In this document: piece after piece, positions 10,180 to 19,591 of the stretch
Position numbering within the stretch: position 1 is the first letter of the stretch
Layout: the number at the start of each line of letters is the position of its first letter
The notes under the pieces: generated by a model
Databases searched by the model: none
What the model was told of the DNA's origin: nothing
Seen by the model: the letters and a program-made list of their open reading frames with translations, nothing else
NCBI GenBank assembly: GCA_017448245.1
Contig: JAFSLV010000028.1
Coordinates: forward strand, 32,441 to 96,440
Source: Lachnospiraceae bacterium
GTDB taxonomy: Bacteria; Bacillota; Clostridia; Lachnospirales; Lachnospiraceae
Length of the DNA: 64,000 bases
Direction of reading: 5' to 3'
Translations under genes and position numbers: made by a program

Positions 10180-12189
10180 TTATACTTCCTCCGGAATCAG
10201 TGTGATGATCTCCTTGATCGGCATACAGGTCTCGTCACACTCTTTGGCCCGGTGATGCGTAAGAATCGATTTTGCGGCATTTTGCATGGCGGGAAAACCG
10301 GTCCTTGTCAGCTGGTTGGCATAGATGACGACATTGGCACCCCGCTCTTTGAATTCCTCCTCCGTCACGCCGTTAAAGGACGTCGGCACCAGCACCACCG
10401 GTGTCGTCGCATCCTTTTTGCGGAAGCGCTCCAGGAAGACAAAGATCTCCTCCGGATCCTTTTTACGACTGTGGATCATGATCGCGTCCGCACCGGCCGC
10501 GACAAAAGCCTCCGCGCGCGCGAGCGCGTCCTCCATCCCCTGCTCCAGGATCAGGGACTCGATACGCGCACAGATCATAAAGTCTTTGGTCTTTTGCGCA
10601 CGCTTCCCCGCTGCGATCTTTTCCGCAAAGTGTTCGATCGTATCCTGTGTCTGCGCGACCTCCGTGCCGAAGAGCGAGTTTTTCTTTAAGCCCGCCTTGT
10701 CCTCGATGATGATCATCGAGACGCCCATACGCTCGAGGCTGCGCACCGTATAGACAAAATGCTCCGTGAGTCCGCCCGTGTCTCCGTCAAAGATGATCGG
10801 TTTGGTCGTGACCTCGCAGATATCGTCAATCGTGCGGAAACGGCTCGTCATGTCGACCAGCTCGATGTCAGGTTTTCCCTTGGCCGTCGAATCGCACAGA
10901 GAGGAAATCCACATGGCGTCAAACTGTCTGGCGGCACCGTCCTGATAGACCACGGTATTTTCGACGATGAGGCCGGTGATGCCGCTGTGCGCCTCCATGG
11001 CCGTGACGAGTCCCTTCATTTCGATGAGCCTCTTTAAGCGTCCTCTTCTGGCATCCGGCAGCGACAGTTCCGCTCGTGTACGGTTTTGCAGGTCGCGGTA
11101 TTTGGCGTCTCCGTGATACGGATACTCGATGAGACGGCCGCCGTAACTGGCAAGCAGCGATACCACTTCGTCGCGTACCGGCTTTTGGAAGCCGGTGACC
11201 CAGTCATCGCCGTGGACGACGATCGCGGGATGCAGCGCTTCGATATTTTCTTTGTAACTCAGGGAATTCTGCGCTACGACCCGGGCGACGTCACGGATAT
11301 TTTCAAACATGACCTTTCGTTCCTCAAAGGGAACAAGCGGATAACGCTTGTAGGCCGCGACCGCCTCGTCCGTAAGAATCCCGATAACGAGCTTTCCGTA
11401 ACGTGCCCCCCTTCGTATGAGATCGATATGTCCGCCGTGGATGATGTCCGTGGAAAAGACCATGTAGACGATACGGTTTCTGACCTCTTCCGCCCGCTTT
11501 GCGACCTCCTGCAGATCTTCGGCATTGTCGATCTCGCTACAGAGGAGATTTTTTACATCGAGCGCGCGGATCTCACAATCCCCGGATACTTTATTAAAAG
11601 CATCCTCCGCATAACAGCCGCGGTTTCCGTCCTTGCAAAAGGATGTGATCTCGTCGAACCATACTTTTTTGTCTTTTTGTAGCAGCTTATAAAAGGGCTG
11701 CGCGGCCATCGCGTCACGCTCGACATGCACGCCGACCTCCGTGACCCTGCCGTCTTTGATACGCGCTTTAAAATCCTTTTCCGGAAGCGGCAGCGTCGAG
11801 GATACGGTCATCACGCTGTGCCCGGACTGTACCACCAGATCCAGCACCTCGTTTTCAAATACAAGATCTCCGTGCAACAGCAACAGATCGTCGTCCAGAA
11901 ACTCCTTTGCGCATTCGATGGACCAGATATAGTTGGTTTCCCTGTATTCCGCGTTATGCACAAAGGTCACATCGGCATCTGTCCCCAGCGTATCCACATA
12001 TTCCTTTAAGATCTCTTCGAAGGGGCCCGTCGTGATGACGATGTCCCGGATGCCGGCTTCCGTAAGCTGTTTCAGCTGTCTGGAGAGAATCGTCTCTCCG
12101 AAAGAAATCTCCGTCATGCATTTGGGATGCTCGCTCGTCAGTATTCCCATGCGTGTACCCGTACCGCTGTTCAGGATCAATGCCTTCAT
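10180..12189 (-). CDS. aepX: Three-domain fusion: PntC-like NTP transferase, HIGH-type cytidylyltransferase and phosphoenolpyruvate mutase
   Basis: LNSGTGTRMG, DIIHGGH, and PEP mutase motifs EAHSGIT, DGDTGG, EDKAGLKKNS. Start moved to ATG 12189 (ATGA overlap with the upstream stop). Confidence 0.95.
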   Translation of the reverse strand: MKALILNSGTGTRMGILTSEHPKCMTEISFGETILSRQLKQLTEAGIRDIVITTGPFEEILKEYVDTLGTDADVTFVHNAEYRETNYIWSIECAKEFLDDDLLLLHGDLVFENEVLDLVVQSGHSVMTVSSTLPLPEKDFKARIKDGRVTEVGVHVERDAMAAQPFYKLLQKDKKVWFDEITSFCKDGNRGCYAEDAFNKVSGDCEIRALDVKNLLCSEIDNAEDLQEVAKRAEEVRNRIVYMVFSTDIIHGGHIDLIRRGARYGKLVIGILTDEAVAAYKRYPLVPFEERKVMFENIRDVARVVAQNSLSYKENIEALHPAIVVHGDDWVTGFQKPVRDEVVSLLASYGGRLIEYPYHGDAKYRDLQNRTRAELSLPDARRGRLKRLIEMKGLVTAMEAHSGITGLIVENTVVYQDGAARQFDAMWISSLCDSTAKGKPDIELVDMTSRFRTIDDICEVTTKPIIFDGDTGGLTEHFVYTVRSLERMGVSMIIIEDKAGLKKNSLFGTEVAQTQDTIEHFAEKIAAGKRAQKTKDFMICARIESLILEQGMEDALARAEAFVAAGADAIMIHSRKKDPEEIFVFLERFRKKDATTPVVLVPTSFNGVTEEEFKERGANVVIYANQLTRTGFPAMQNAAKSILTHHRAKECDETCMPIKEIITLIPEEV

Positions 12190-13472
12190 ATGCCTGCCTC
12201 CTTCATCATGTGCCGCACCGCCTGCGGACAGGTATAACACTCCCGTACCCTGCGGTGACCCGCCTGTGCGATTTTCTTTCTCTCGTCTTCATGTGACAGA
12301 TAGTACGCCGCCTTTTCCATCATCTCATCAAAGGAGGAAAATGTCACGAGTTCTTTTCCGTCCGTAAAGAGCTCCCGGATCTCCGGCTGCGCGTCGGTGA
12401 GCGCAAATCCTCCCGCCCCGAGGATATCAAAAACGCGCAACGAAACACCCGACTCGATCGAGGGGGGCGTCAGATGGAGATTGATCTTTGAGGCACGGAA
12501 TACCAGGGGCATCTCCTCTTCGTAGCTGACGGCGCCGCGGATGTCGAGCGACGCCGGAAGCATCTTTTTTGCTTCTTCGGGATATGTCGTATAGAGACGA
12601 ATGCTTTGATCTCCTTCCGGTGCGGCAAGCGCAGAGAGCGCGGTGAGCGCACGGATCCTCTCCCTGTGCGCGCATTCCTGCGCGAGCGTCGCCGTCACCA
12701 TCAGATACTCCCAGTCCTCTTCCGCATAGAGTTCCTTGTGTTCCGTGCTGAAGTGTGCGCGCATCCCGTTGTATGTCTCTCTCGAAAGCATTTCATAGAC
12801 CGAACCTCCCTCTCCCCGGTGCCCGATGGCCCTGTCCAGCAGATCGTCACATTCTTTTTTGGCTTCCGGGGCGAGTTTTGCAAAAAAGGCATCCCGCGCG
12901 GGATTCTCGTAGAGATTGCCGACAAAGGAGATATCCGCACGATAAGGTGAGAGGTCTTTTGCCATCATCTCCGGCATGGATACGCGCGTGACATTTGTTG
13001 CGAGCGGCCGGTAAAAGACATGGGGGATTCCCCGCGCCCGCATCCTTGCGAGCTGCTCTTTGTCAAAGACAAAGACCCGGTTCGTGTCGTACAGCGCTTC
13101 CTTCAGATAGAGTCCGCGTTGCGGCGCGTCATGCACCCAGGACAGATAGGTATGCGCAGTACGATGACAGGCTTCCGCAACCACGGCGGAAAAGTCCCTG
13201 GTGATGACAAGAAGCTCTCCCTTCCGGTCTGCATGCGGCACCTGTGGGCCGCCCGGCAGGATCTCTTCCTCTGTGCGCAGAATCTCCGCAAGCACCGCCG
13301 AAAGATCCTCCTCCGTGTACTCCGCGTCCGGCACGCGCAGCTCCGCTATACGCACATCCTCATAGCCGGATTCGAGAAAACCCCAGATCATATCGGCATC
13401 GGTGATTTCTGCCTGTTCAAAATAAAGAACGGTCAGGGGCTTTATGCGATATGCCTTTTTCTTTTGCTTCAT
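12186..13472 (-). CDS. CgeB/DUF3880-type glycosyltransferase (Glyco_trans_1_2)
   Basis: SWVHDAP, ISFVGNLY, SKINL, RVFDILGAGGFALT, IAQAG motifs. Confidence 0.85.
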   Translation of the reverse strand: MKQKKKAYRIKPLTVLYFEQAEITDADMIWGFLESGYEDVRIAELRVPDAEYTEEDLSAVLAEILRTEEEILPGGPQVPHADRKGELLVITRDFSAVVAEACHRTAHTYLSWVHDAPQRGLYLKEALYDTNRVFVFDKEQLARMRARGIPHVFYRPLATNVTRVSMPEMMAKDLSPYRADISFVGNLYENPARDAFFAKLAPEAKKECDDLLDRAIGHRGEGGSVYEMLSRETYNGMRAHFSTEHKELYAEEDWEYLMVTATLAQECAHRERIRALTALSALAAPEGDQSIRLYTTYPEEAKKMLPASLDIRGAVSYEEEMPLVFRASKINLHLTPPSIESGVSLRVFDILGAGGFALTDAQPEIRELFTDGKELVTFSSFDEMMEKAAYYLSHEDERKKIAQAGHRRVRECYTCPQAVRHMMKEAGI

Positions 13473-13476
13473 CCTC

Positions 13477-14646
13477 TCATCCCTCCACGCCGGCGGTCTC
13501 AAACATCACCGCGATCCGGTCCTCATAACGAAAGTCCTGTTGCATGCGGGCGAGTCCCGCACGGGCAATCCGTTCTCTCTCCCCGTCATGCGCGAGATAA
13601 TAGGCCGCCTTTTCCACGGCATCCGGGATCGATTCATAAAGCACGCATTCTTCTCCCGGAACGAGATATTCCTGCAGCTCCGGCTGATAATTGGAGAGCA
13701 GAAATCCTCTGCAGCCCATGATATCGAGCGCGCGCAGAGGGATCCCGGAGCGGATGCAGCGCAGCGTCGCGTTGAGATTGATCTTACTCGTCTTAAAGAG
13801 ACGGGGCATTTCCCGGATATAATCGAGCCGGCCGTGGATGCGCACCTGCGGAAGGAGTCTGAGCTCCGTTTCGGACATCTTTTCCTTGTCCGTGCACAGC
13901 ATCACGTCATGCCGTGCGGATAACAGTTTCAGGAGAGACAGCCGGTCCCGGTGTGTGATGTGCGTCGCGATCGAATAGGAGAGCTGCTTGTCCGTGATCT
14001 GCATGGCCTTATCGGACAGCTCCTTATAATGCGCGTTGATCCTGTCGATCAGTTCGCGTGTCAGCATATCGTCCACGAGCCACGCGCCGTAGAGGTCAGA
14101 CTGCGCTTTCACGATCGCATCGATATATCCTCTGTCATAGTCCGTCATTTTGGAAGTCAGAACGGGCAGCGTCGATGCGTAGAGGACGCCCAGCATCGAG
14201 ACGTCACAGGAGAGCGCGGGATCCTTTTGCACGGAGGCGAGACGGTCGCAGTTGACGGCAAGCGGCAGATGGTAGACATTGTCTATCCCCGCCCTTTTAT
14301 GCTCGAGATACTGCTCCCTGTCAAAAAAGAATACGGCATTGGCCGGATGGTCATATCCGTCATACGTCTCCAGATTGAGCGGCGAGTCGCAGCACCAGGC
14401 AATGTATCGGACGTTGTGTGCCGTGCAGCATTTGCCGATCACGGGAAAGAAATTGCTCGACAGTACAACATCATAATCGCCTTCCTTCCATTCCCGTTCA
14501 AAGAGCGCTTCGAAAGCCTCGTTATGATACACGTCCTGCTCGCGAAAGCTGTAATAGACATTGCGGCAGTGATGCCCCATGCGCTCGAGCACGAGCACCC
14601 AGTCGGGCTGGAAATAGGAACCGATGTCAAAGAGGAGGATATTCAT
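13477..14646 (-). CDS. CgeB/DUF3880-type glycosyltransferase
   Basis: AWCCDSP, HLPLAVN, SKINLNATLRCIRSGIPLRALDIMGC. Confidence 0.88.
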   Translation of the reverse strand: MNILLFDIGSYFQPDWVLVLERMGHHCRNVYYSFREQDVYHNEAFEALFEREWKEGDYDVVLSSNFFPVIGKCCTAHNVRYIAWCCDSPLNLETYDGYDHPANAVFFFDREQYLEHKRAGIDNVYHLPLAVNCDRLASVQKDPALSCDVSMLGVLYASTLPVLTSKMTDYDRGYIDAIVKAQSDLYGAWLVDDMLTRELIDRINAHYKELSDKAMQITDKQLSYSIATHITHRDRLSLLKLLSARHDVMLCTDKEKMSETELRLLPQVRIHGRLDYIREMPRLFKTSKINLNATLRCIRSGIPLRALDIMGCRGFLLSNYQPELQEYLVPGEECVLYESIPDAVEKAAYYLAHDGERERIARAGLARMQQDFRYEDRIAVMFETAGVEG

Positions 14647-14691
14647 GTGCCTTTTCCTTCCGTTCTGTGTGGATGCGTCCCGAAAATCACG

Positions 14692-15132
14692 TTACCTGTC
14701 GTTCTCCCGCATCTGTCTGCGGTCCGCTTCCGGGATTTTCCGCATCACATACGGATTGTCCCGGTAGTCCCGGATCCGTACGGTCTGCATCCGGATATCC
14801 TTAAGCTCCGCAAGCATCCTGTCCCGCTCCTGCTGACTGACGGCGCGCTGCTGCCCTGCCTGCACGCAGTTATTGATGCCGTAGGAATACATCTGCAGGA
14901 TTTCATATTCCACGGCATCGCGGATGCCTTCGTATCCGGGCAGATCATGCACGCGGTCATAGACCGCACGCATCGCCTGCGTGATATTGGTATGATAGGA
15001 AAAGGGATTACCCTCCTTTTTGGAGGCAGAGCCCTCCCGGTTATTATGTGTCTAGTGTACGAGATTGCCAAGCAGTGCGGCAAGCGTTTCCTGCGCGTTA
15101 TGAACGGGAACAATGATGCTGACTTTTTTCAT
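14692..15132 (-). pseudogene. Internally deleted GT2 remnant
   Basis: MKKVSIIVPVHNAQETLAALLGNLVH* (15052-15132) resembles the N-terminus, and YRDNPYVM..RRQM resembles the C-terminus, of GT2 1532-2521. The catalytic core is missing. Confidence 0.75.
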
Positions 15133-15135
15133 AAC

Positions 15136-15828
15136 TCAGAGATGAAACCACTCCTTTTCATAGTTCTCCAGTAGTATTTTACGATACTCATTATAGTTCC
15201 ACATACTCAGAAGCTTACCGTCGTCATGCAGACACCAGGGCGCTGTTTGCAGCGGCACCACGACACGATATCCGCGCCTGCGCATTTCAAAACACTGCGA
15301 CACGTCATAAAAATCAAATCCGTCAAACAGATCTTCTCTCCAGGGCACATCCGCGGATGTCGCCAGCAAAAAGCCGTCGGCACTGACCATGTCTTCCACG
15401 GATATCCTGTCCGATACGGGTTCTTCTTCATAAGGATCGTCAGAAGGCTGCAGATTCATGCCCACGGACTGTCCCGCCCACATGATGCCTGTTTCATCGA
15501 GCTCTTTTGTGCCCACCATCCCGACGAGGCCGATCTGCGCATCGCTTGCAAATATCGCCAGCAGATGATGCAAAAACCAGCGGTTCATGATATATACATC
15601 CTGATGCAGATAGATCCGGTACGGAACATCTGATGTGCGTACGTCATCGCCCGGTTTCATGCGGATCGCGCGATTATATCCTTCGCACATACTCTTCGCG
15701 TCCGTGATCGTCGTAATCTCGACATCATAACCTTCCGGTACATACAGACGGCTGATATAAAACGCACACTCCCTTGCCATTCGTTCCCGGTTGACGCACA
15801 TGATAAAATGAAACGTCTGACGGTTCAT
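15136..15828 (-). CDS. StrF-like (Glyco_tranf_2_5) glycosyltransferase-family protein
   Basis: DAKSMCEGYN, YLHQDV, IGLVGMVG, FDGFDFYDVSQCFE. Confidence 0.85.
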   Translation of the reverse strand: MNRQTFHFIMCVNRERMARECAFYISRLYVPEGYDVEITTITDAKSMCEGYNRAIRMKPGDDVRTSDVPYRIYLHQDVYIMNRWFLHHLLAIFASDAQIGLVGMVGTKELDETGIMWAGQSVGMNLQPSDDPYEEEPVSDRISVEDMVSADGFLLATSADVPWREDLFDGFDFYDVSQCFEMRRRGYRVVVPLQTAPWCLHDDGKLLSMWNYNEYRKILLENYEKEWFHL

Positions 15829-16430
15829 CCCGCACCTCTTCCGATCAGCGCACCGAGTTTTTCCTTCAATGCCAGTGTCCCCGCGCTTGCCTCCTCGATT
15901 ACGGACAGATAATCATACGCCGTCCGGTACTGTCTGCCGGTAAGCGCATCCTCCGCAAGGCGCAATAAGATCTGCTCCCTGTGGCCGAGATAGGATGTCG
16001 GATGATACAGCACGGCATGTACTGCATATGGAGAGATCTGCTGCGCGCGTAAAAAACCCGTCGCTTCCTCCGCGCCCGGCGTGATACCAAGCTCAATACG
16101 GCGCAGATACAGGTCGCAAGCTATATATCTGTCCATCAATTCGTCATAAGATGACACACCGCGGATAAACAGCGGATACCCGGCAGCCTCTTCCTTCTGC
16201 ACGGCATCCATCAGATAATACAACCTCAGGGGTTCACAGTTATCCGCTAAGATCCTCTTGCCGTCCGGAGAATCAAATAATTTTGAAACCAGAAGAAACG
16301 CATACATATCTTCCGCATCCAGCGCCATGTCCACAGCCTCCTTCATATGCTCAAGAAACTGCAGATCACTGTCCCGCCTGCGGTCGATTTTCTCCAGTTG
16401 TTCCAGGTATCCCACAGCGATATCATTCAT
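15825..16430 (-). CDS. Hypothetical all-helical protein, paralog of 39023-39637
   Basis: Shared LRRIEL, ISPY.V.AVLY and GHRE..LLR.AEDA motifs; ATGA overlap with the downstream GT. Confidence 0.75.
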   Translation of the reverse strand: MNDIAVGYLEQLEKIDRRRDSDLQFLEHMKEAVDMALDAEDMYAFLLVSKLFDSPDGKRILADNCEPLRLYYLMDAVQKEEAAGYPLFIRGVSSYDELMDRYIACDLYLRRIELGITPGAEEATGFLRAQQISPYAVHAVLYHPTSYLGHREQILLRLAEDALTGRQYRTAYDYLSVIEEASAGTLALKEKLGALIGRGAG

Positions 16431-16470
16431 TGCGTATTGCCCTTTATAGATCCGGCGCTCATCGTATTAT

Positions 16471-17403
16471 TCAATGATCCCTTTGGTCGTCCATTCTCAT
16501 TACGGCATAGCGGCAATAATCCCTGGCATACCGGTACTGTTCCTCGCCGTACGCACCGTATTCTATCCCGTGTTTTTCTTTATATCCCGTCCAGTTACTC
16601 CATAACAGACCGGCGGCCGCAATATAGCAATAGATCTTGACTCTGGTCGTTTTGTCACATCCTCCTTCGTCTTCAAAATACAGATCGATCAGATGATCCG
16701 CCTGCTCTTTGCTGTAATTGCTGTATACCGCAAACATCGCAATATCGAGATGCGGATCCTGCATACCGGCATACTCCCAGTCTGTCAGATGTATGATTCC
16801 TTCGGCCCCGGCATCGAGAATCAGAAAATTATCGGGCACCGCGTCGATATGTGACAGAACCCGTTCCCTTTTGCAACCGTCCACGTAACGCTTTAACTCC
16901 ATAACATGGTCTTTTGTCTCTTCATAATCCGGAAACCGTTCTTTATGCCCCGCGCACAAGGACTCATAGCGAAGGATCTCTCCGTATAAGTCAAATGAAT
17001 GTCTTACCTCCAGCCGCATACGGTGAAGGGATTTCAATTTATCCATGCAGGCGCGGATTTCCGTCTCATTATACGGGTCACAGCATCTCGCGTTTTCATA
17101 AAACCGGGTAATCTTATAACCGTTTTCCGCATCAATATACACCGGATCGTCACACAGGCCGTATCCTTTGATCGCATGATGAACTTCGACTTCCTGATGT
17201 CTGTTGATGAGTTCCTGTGTTCCTTCGCCCGGCAGGCGGAACAGATACCTTTCATCCCGGAAGCCAAACACATACGAATGATTGGTCATACCTCCCTTGA
17301 TCAGCTGCAGATCCCGGATTTCTGTTTTGCCACACTGCAGGATACCCGACAGGATACGGATACATTCATCCGTTTTTATTCTATTGCTACGCACTTCATT
17401 CAT
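16471..17403 (-). CDS. licA: Choline/ethanolamine kinase (LicA-like)
   Basis: GGMTNHSY, RLPGEGT, SHIDAVPDNFL, LTDWEYAGMQD. Confidence 0.88.
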   Translation of the reverse strand: MNEVRSNRIKTDECIRILSGILQCGKTEIRDLQLIKGGMTNHSYVFGFRDERYLFRLPGEGTQELINRHQEVEVHHAIKGYGLCDDPVYIDAENGYKITRFYENARCCDPYNETEIRACMDKLKSLHRMRLEVRHSFDLYGEILRYESLCAGHKERFPDYEETKDHVMELKRYVDGCKRERVLSHIDAVPDNFLILDAGAEGIIHLTDWEYAGMQDPHLDIAMFAVYSNYSKEQADHLIDLYFEDEGGCDKTTRVKIYCYIAAAGLLWSNWTGYKEKHGIEYGAYGEEQYRYARDYCRYAVMRMDDQRDH

Positions 17404-18124
17404 TGCTTTCCGCCCGGATTCCTTTTTGTTCCTTATTGTTCTGATCAAACATCCTCAGCTCTTCCGGCGTATCAAACTCACTGATCACGCTTTTGTCATA
17501 CCTTCTGATCCGCATTTTTAAAACATCCAGATGCTCCGCAAAGATACTCTCCCACAGCTTATCCTTCGTCTGAGGCAGATCATATTCCCGTTCCAGTATT
17601 TTCAAAAATGTTCGGCTGAAGTCTTTCGACCAAAAGGTATGTCCAAGCATATACCATGCATCATAACCACCGATTGTTACGGAATAGACATATCCTTCCT
17701 CATCCTCTTCCATACACCACTCCCCGGTGGCACCGTCCGCATGAATCGCGGAATAATAAGACTCACTCACGCAGCGTTCAAACGGATTGACGGTAAAGTA
17801 ATTATCCGATGAGCACACATAACTGTTTCCAAGAATCTCCCGCGCAACCCATATGGAAGAGTGATTATTGCGCACTTCCCATTCCGGATTATGAATCAGA
17901 TGTACCTGCTCCCATTTTTTCTCCAGATACGCAAACTGTTCCGACCGGTATCCTGTCGTAATATAGATAGCAGGCACCCCCGCCTCCAGGAGTTGTCGGA
18001 TCTGGCGCTCGATCAGCACCTCCCCTCCGACGACAAACAGTCCTTTTGGCTTGTCATCAGAAAGCTGTCCCATCCTTTTTGATCTGCCTGCGGCAAGAAT
18101 GAGGGCATTGTCTGCTTCGATCAT
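17396..18124 (-). CDS. licC: CTP:phosphocholine cytidylyltransferase (LicC-like)
   Basis: ALILAAGRSKRM, KPKGL, RNNHSS, SEFDT. Confidence 0.88.
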   Translation of the reverse strand: MIEADNALILAAGRSKRMGQLSDDKPKGLFVVGGEVLIERQIRQLLEAGVPAIYITTGYRSEQFAYLEKKWEQVHLIHNPEWEVRNNHSSIWVAREILGNSYVCSSDNYFTVNPFERCVSESYYSAIHADGATGEWCMEEDEEGYVYSVTIGGYDAWYMLGHTFWSKDFSRTFLKILEREYDLPQTKDKLWESIFAEHLDVLKMRIRRYDKSVISEFDTPEELRMFDQNNKEQKGIRAESNE

Positions 18125-18127
18125 TTT

Positions 18128-19582
18128 TCACTCATCTCCAAGCATCGATATCATGTCACGATAGATTGTCTCACCTGCCGTACATCCATGTATGGATACA
18201 TAGTCCAGTTCCTCTTCAAACACCTTTTTCCGGATTTCTTCCTTTGTGTCATTTCCACCTATAACTACATTTCGCAAGAATTCTTCGATTGTAGCATAAT
18301 CCGTACCAGGTGACTGATAATAAGCTGTCATCAGTTTTTCGCCAAGAAAGCTAAACGCCTGCCCGTCCCTGGTCAGAAACAACAACGGTTTATTTACATA
18401 AAGATACTCTCCAATAAAGGATCCGCTATCCATAATCATTGCATCTGAGGTGGCAAAGATATCCAGATAGTTTTCCTCTGTTACAACTTTCGCGTTTGGC
18501 AATCTATCCCATTGAGCCACATAAGCATCATATTCTTCATAACTTCTAAACAGTCCTGTTTTCACAGCACTCATTCTGACATTTGGGTGGGGCTTAAAAA
18601 TAAATGAGATTTCATCGCAGTACTTCTGTGCGAGATATAATAAAAAGAATGCATTATTCATAAATGTGCTGAATCGTATAATGTGTTCCGGTGACATAGA
18701 ATGATGTGGTGCAATGATAACCCTTTTCATCTTTGTAGTAGGAATAATACTCGGCAACTTCCAAATATCCCTGATTCTTGACTCCGGAAACTCATGTTTT
18801 TCATAAAAGTAATCCATTTTAGGAAACCCGCTGTATCTTACATTGCTCCCCTTCAACAAGTTAAAGTCTTGAAACCCTTTTTTGTGGCTTTCTGACTCCA
18901 TATATATACGATGCATGATGTTAAAAACTGCTTTTGTGTACACCGCCTCTCTTAAATATGTCCTTTCCTTATTATCCGGAAGATACATGCAATAGGGTAT
19001 ATATATCTGCAAACAATGCAAGGGTAACTTCATAATGTCCATCGAATCCGGTATTTCCTCAACATATGCATTCAGGTTAAAAACAATATCCGGTAAAAAC
19101 CCCACATCGTCCCACCCGATCGATTTGTCAGACGGCTCATCGTAAACATCTATTAGCTGATATCCACGAGCCGAGAAATAATCATACGAGTCTTTATAGG
19201 ATTTTCTTCTTGCCTCGTACGACCTCATCATGGCCGGCATTACTATAATTCCGACATCGAACCGCTCGTCTTCCAGCATTTTTCTATATACACTCTCTGC
19301 CTGCCATTCTGCCGCAGAATACGCCCAAAACAGAACTTTGATTTTTTCCTCCCCGCTTACTTTTCTTCTCAAGTTTGCGATTGCGCACCGCTCTGCGATG
19401 TGGTGCATCTTTCTATACAGTTCGACACCTCCGTCTAGCATCCTCGCTGCAAAACATAACGCAAACAGATGCTCATATGTATAATCATCCGGAATCCGTT
19501 CCACGTCATCAAAATGCCCCTGATCCACGCCGTTAATAATCTGTTCCACATACTCCGGAAATTTTTCAATGTTCATTCCCAT
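18128..19582 (-). CDS. CDP-glycerol glycerophosphotransferase (TagF/TagB-like) family protein
   Basis: SGFPKMD, IIAPHHS, FKPHP, SDAMIMDSGSFIGEYLYVNKPLLFL. Confidence 0.82.
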   Translation of the reverse strand: MGMNIEKFPEYVEQIINGVDQGHFDDVERIPDDYTYEHLFALCFAARMLDGGVELYRKMHHIAERCAIANLRRKVSGEEKIKVLFWAYSAAEWQAESVYRKMLEDERFDVGIIVMPAMMRSYEARRKSYKDSYDYFSARGYQLIDVYDEPSDKSIGWDDVGFLPDIVFNLNAYVEEIPDSMDIMKLPLHCLQIYIPYCMYLPDNKERTYLREAVYTKAVFNIMHRIYMESESHKKGFQDFNLLKGSNVRYSGFPKMDYFYEKHEFPESRIRDIWKLPSIIPTTKMKRVIIAPHHSMSPEHIIRFSTFMNNAFFLLYLAQKYCDEISFIFKPHPNVRMSAVKTGLFRSYEEYDAYVAQWDRLPNAKVVTEENYLDIFATSDAMIMDSGSFIGEYLYVNKPLLFLTRDGQAFSFLGEKLMTAYYQSPGTDYATIEEFLRNVVIGGNDTKEEIRKKVFEEELDYVSIHGCTAGETIYRDMISMLGDE

Positions 19583-19591
19583 CCCTCCGTT

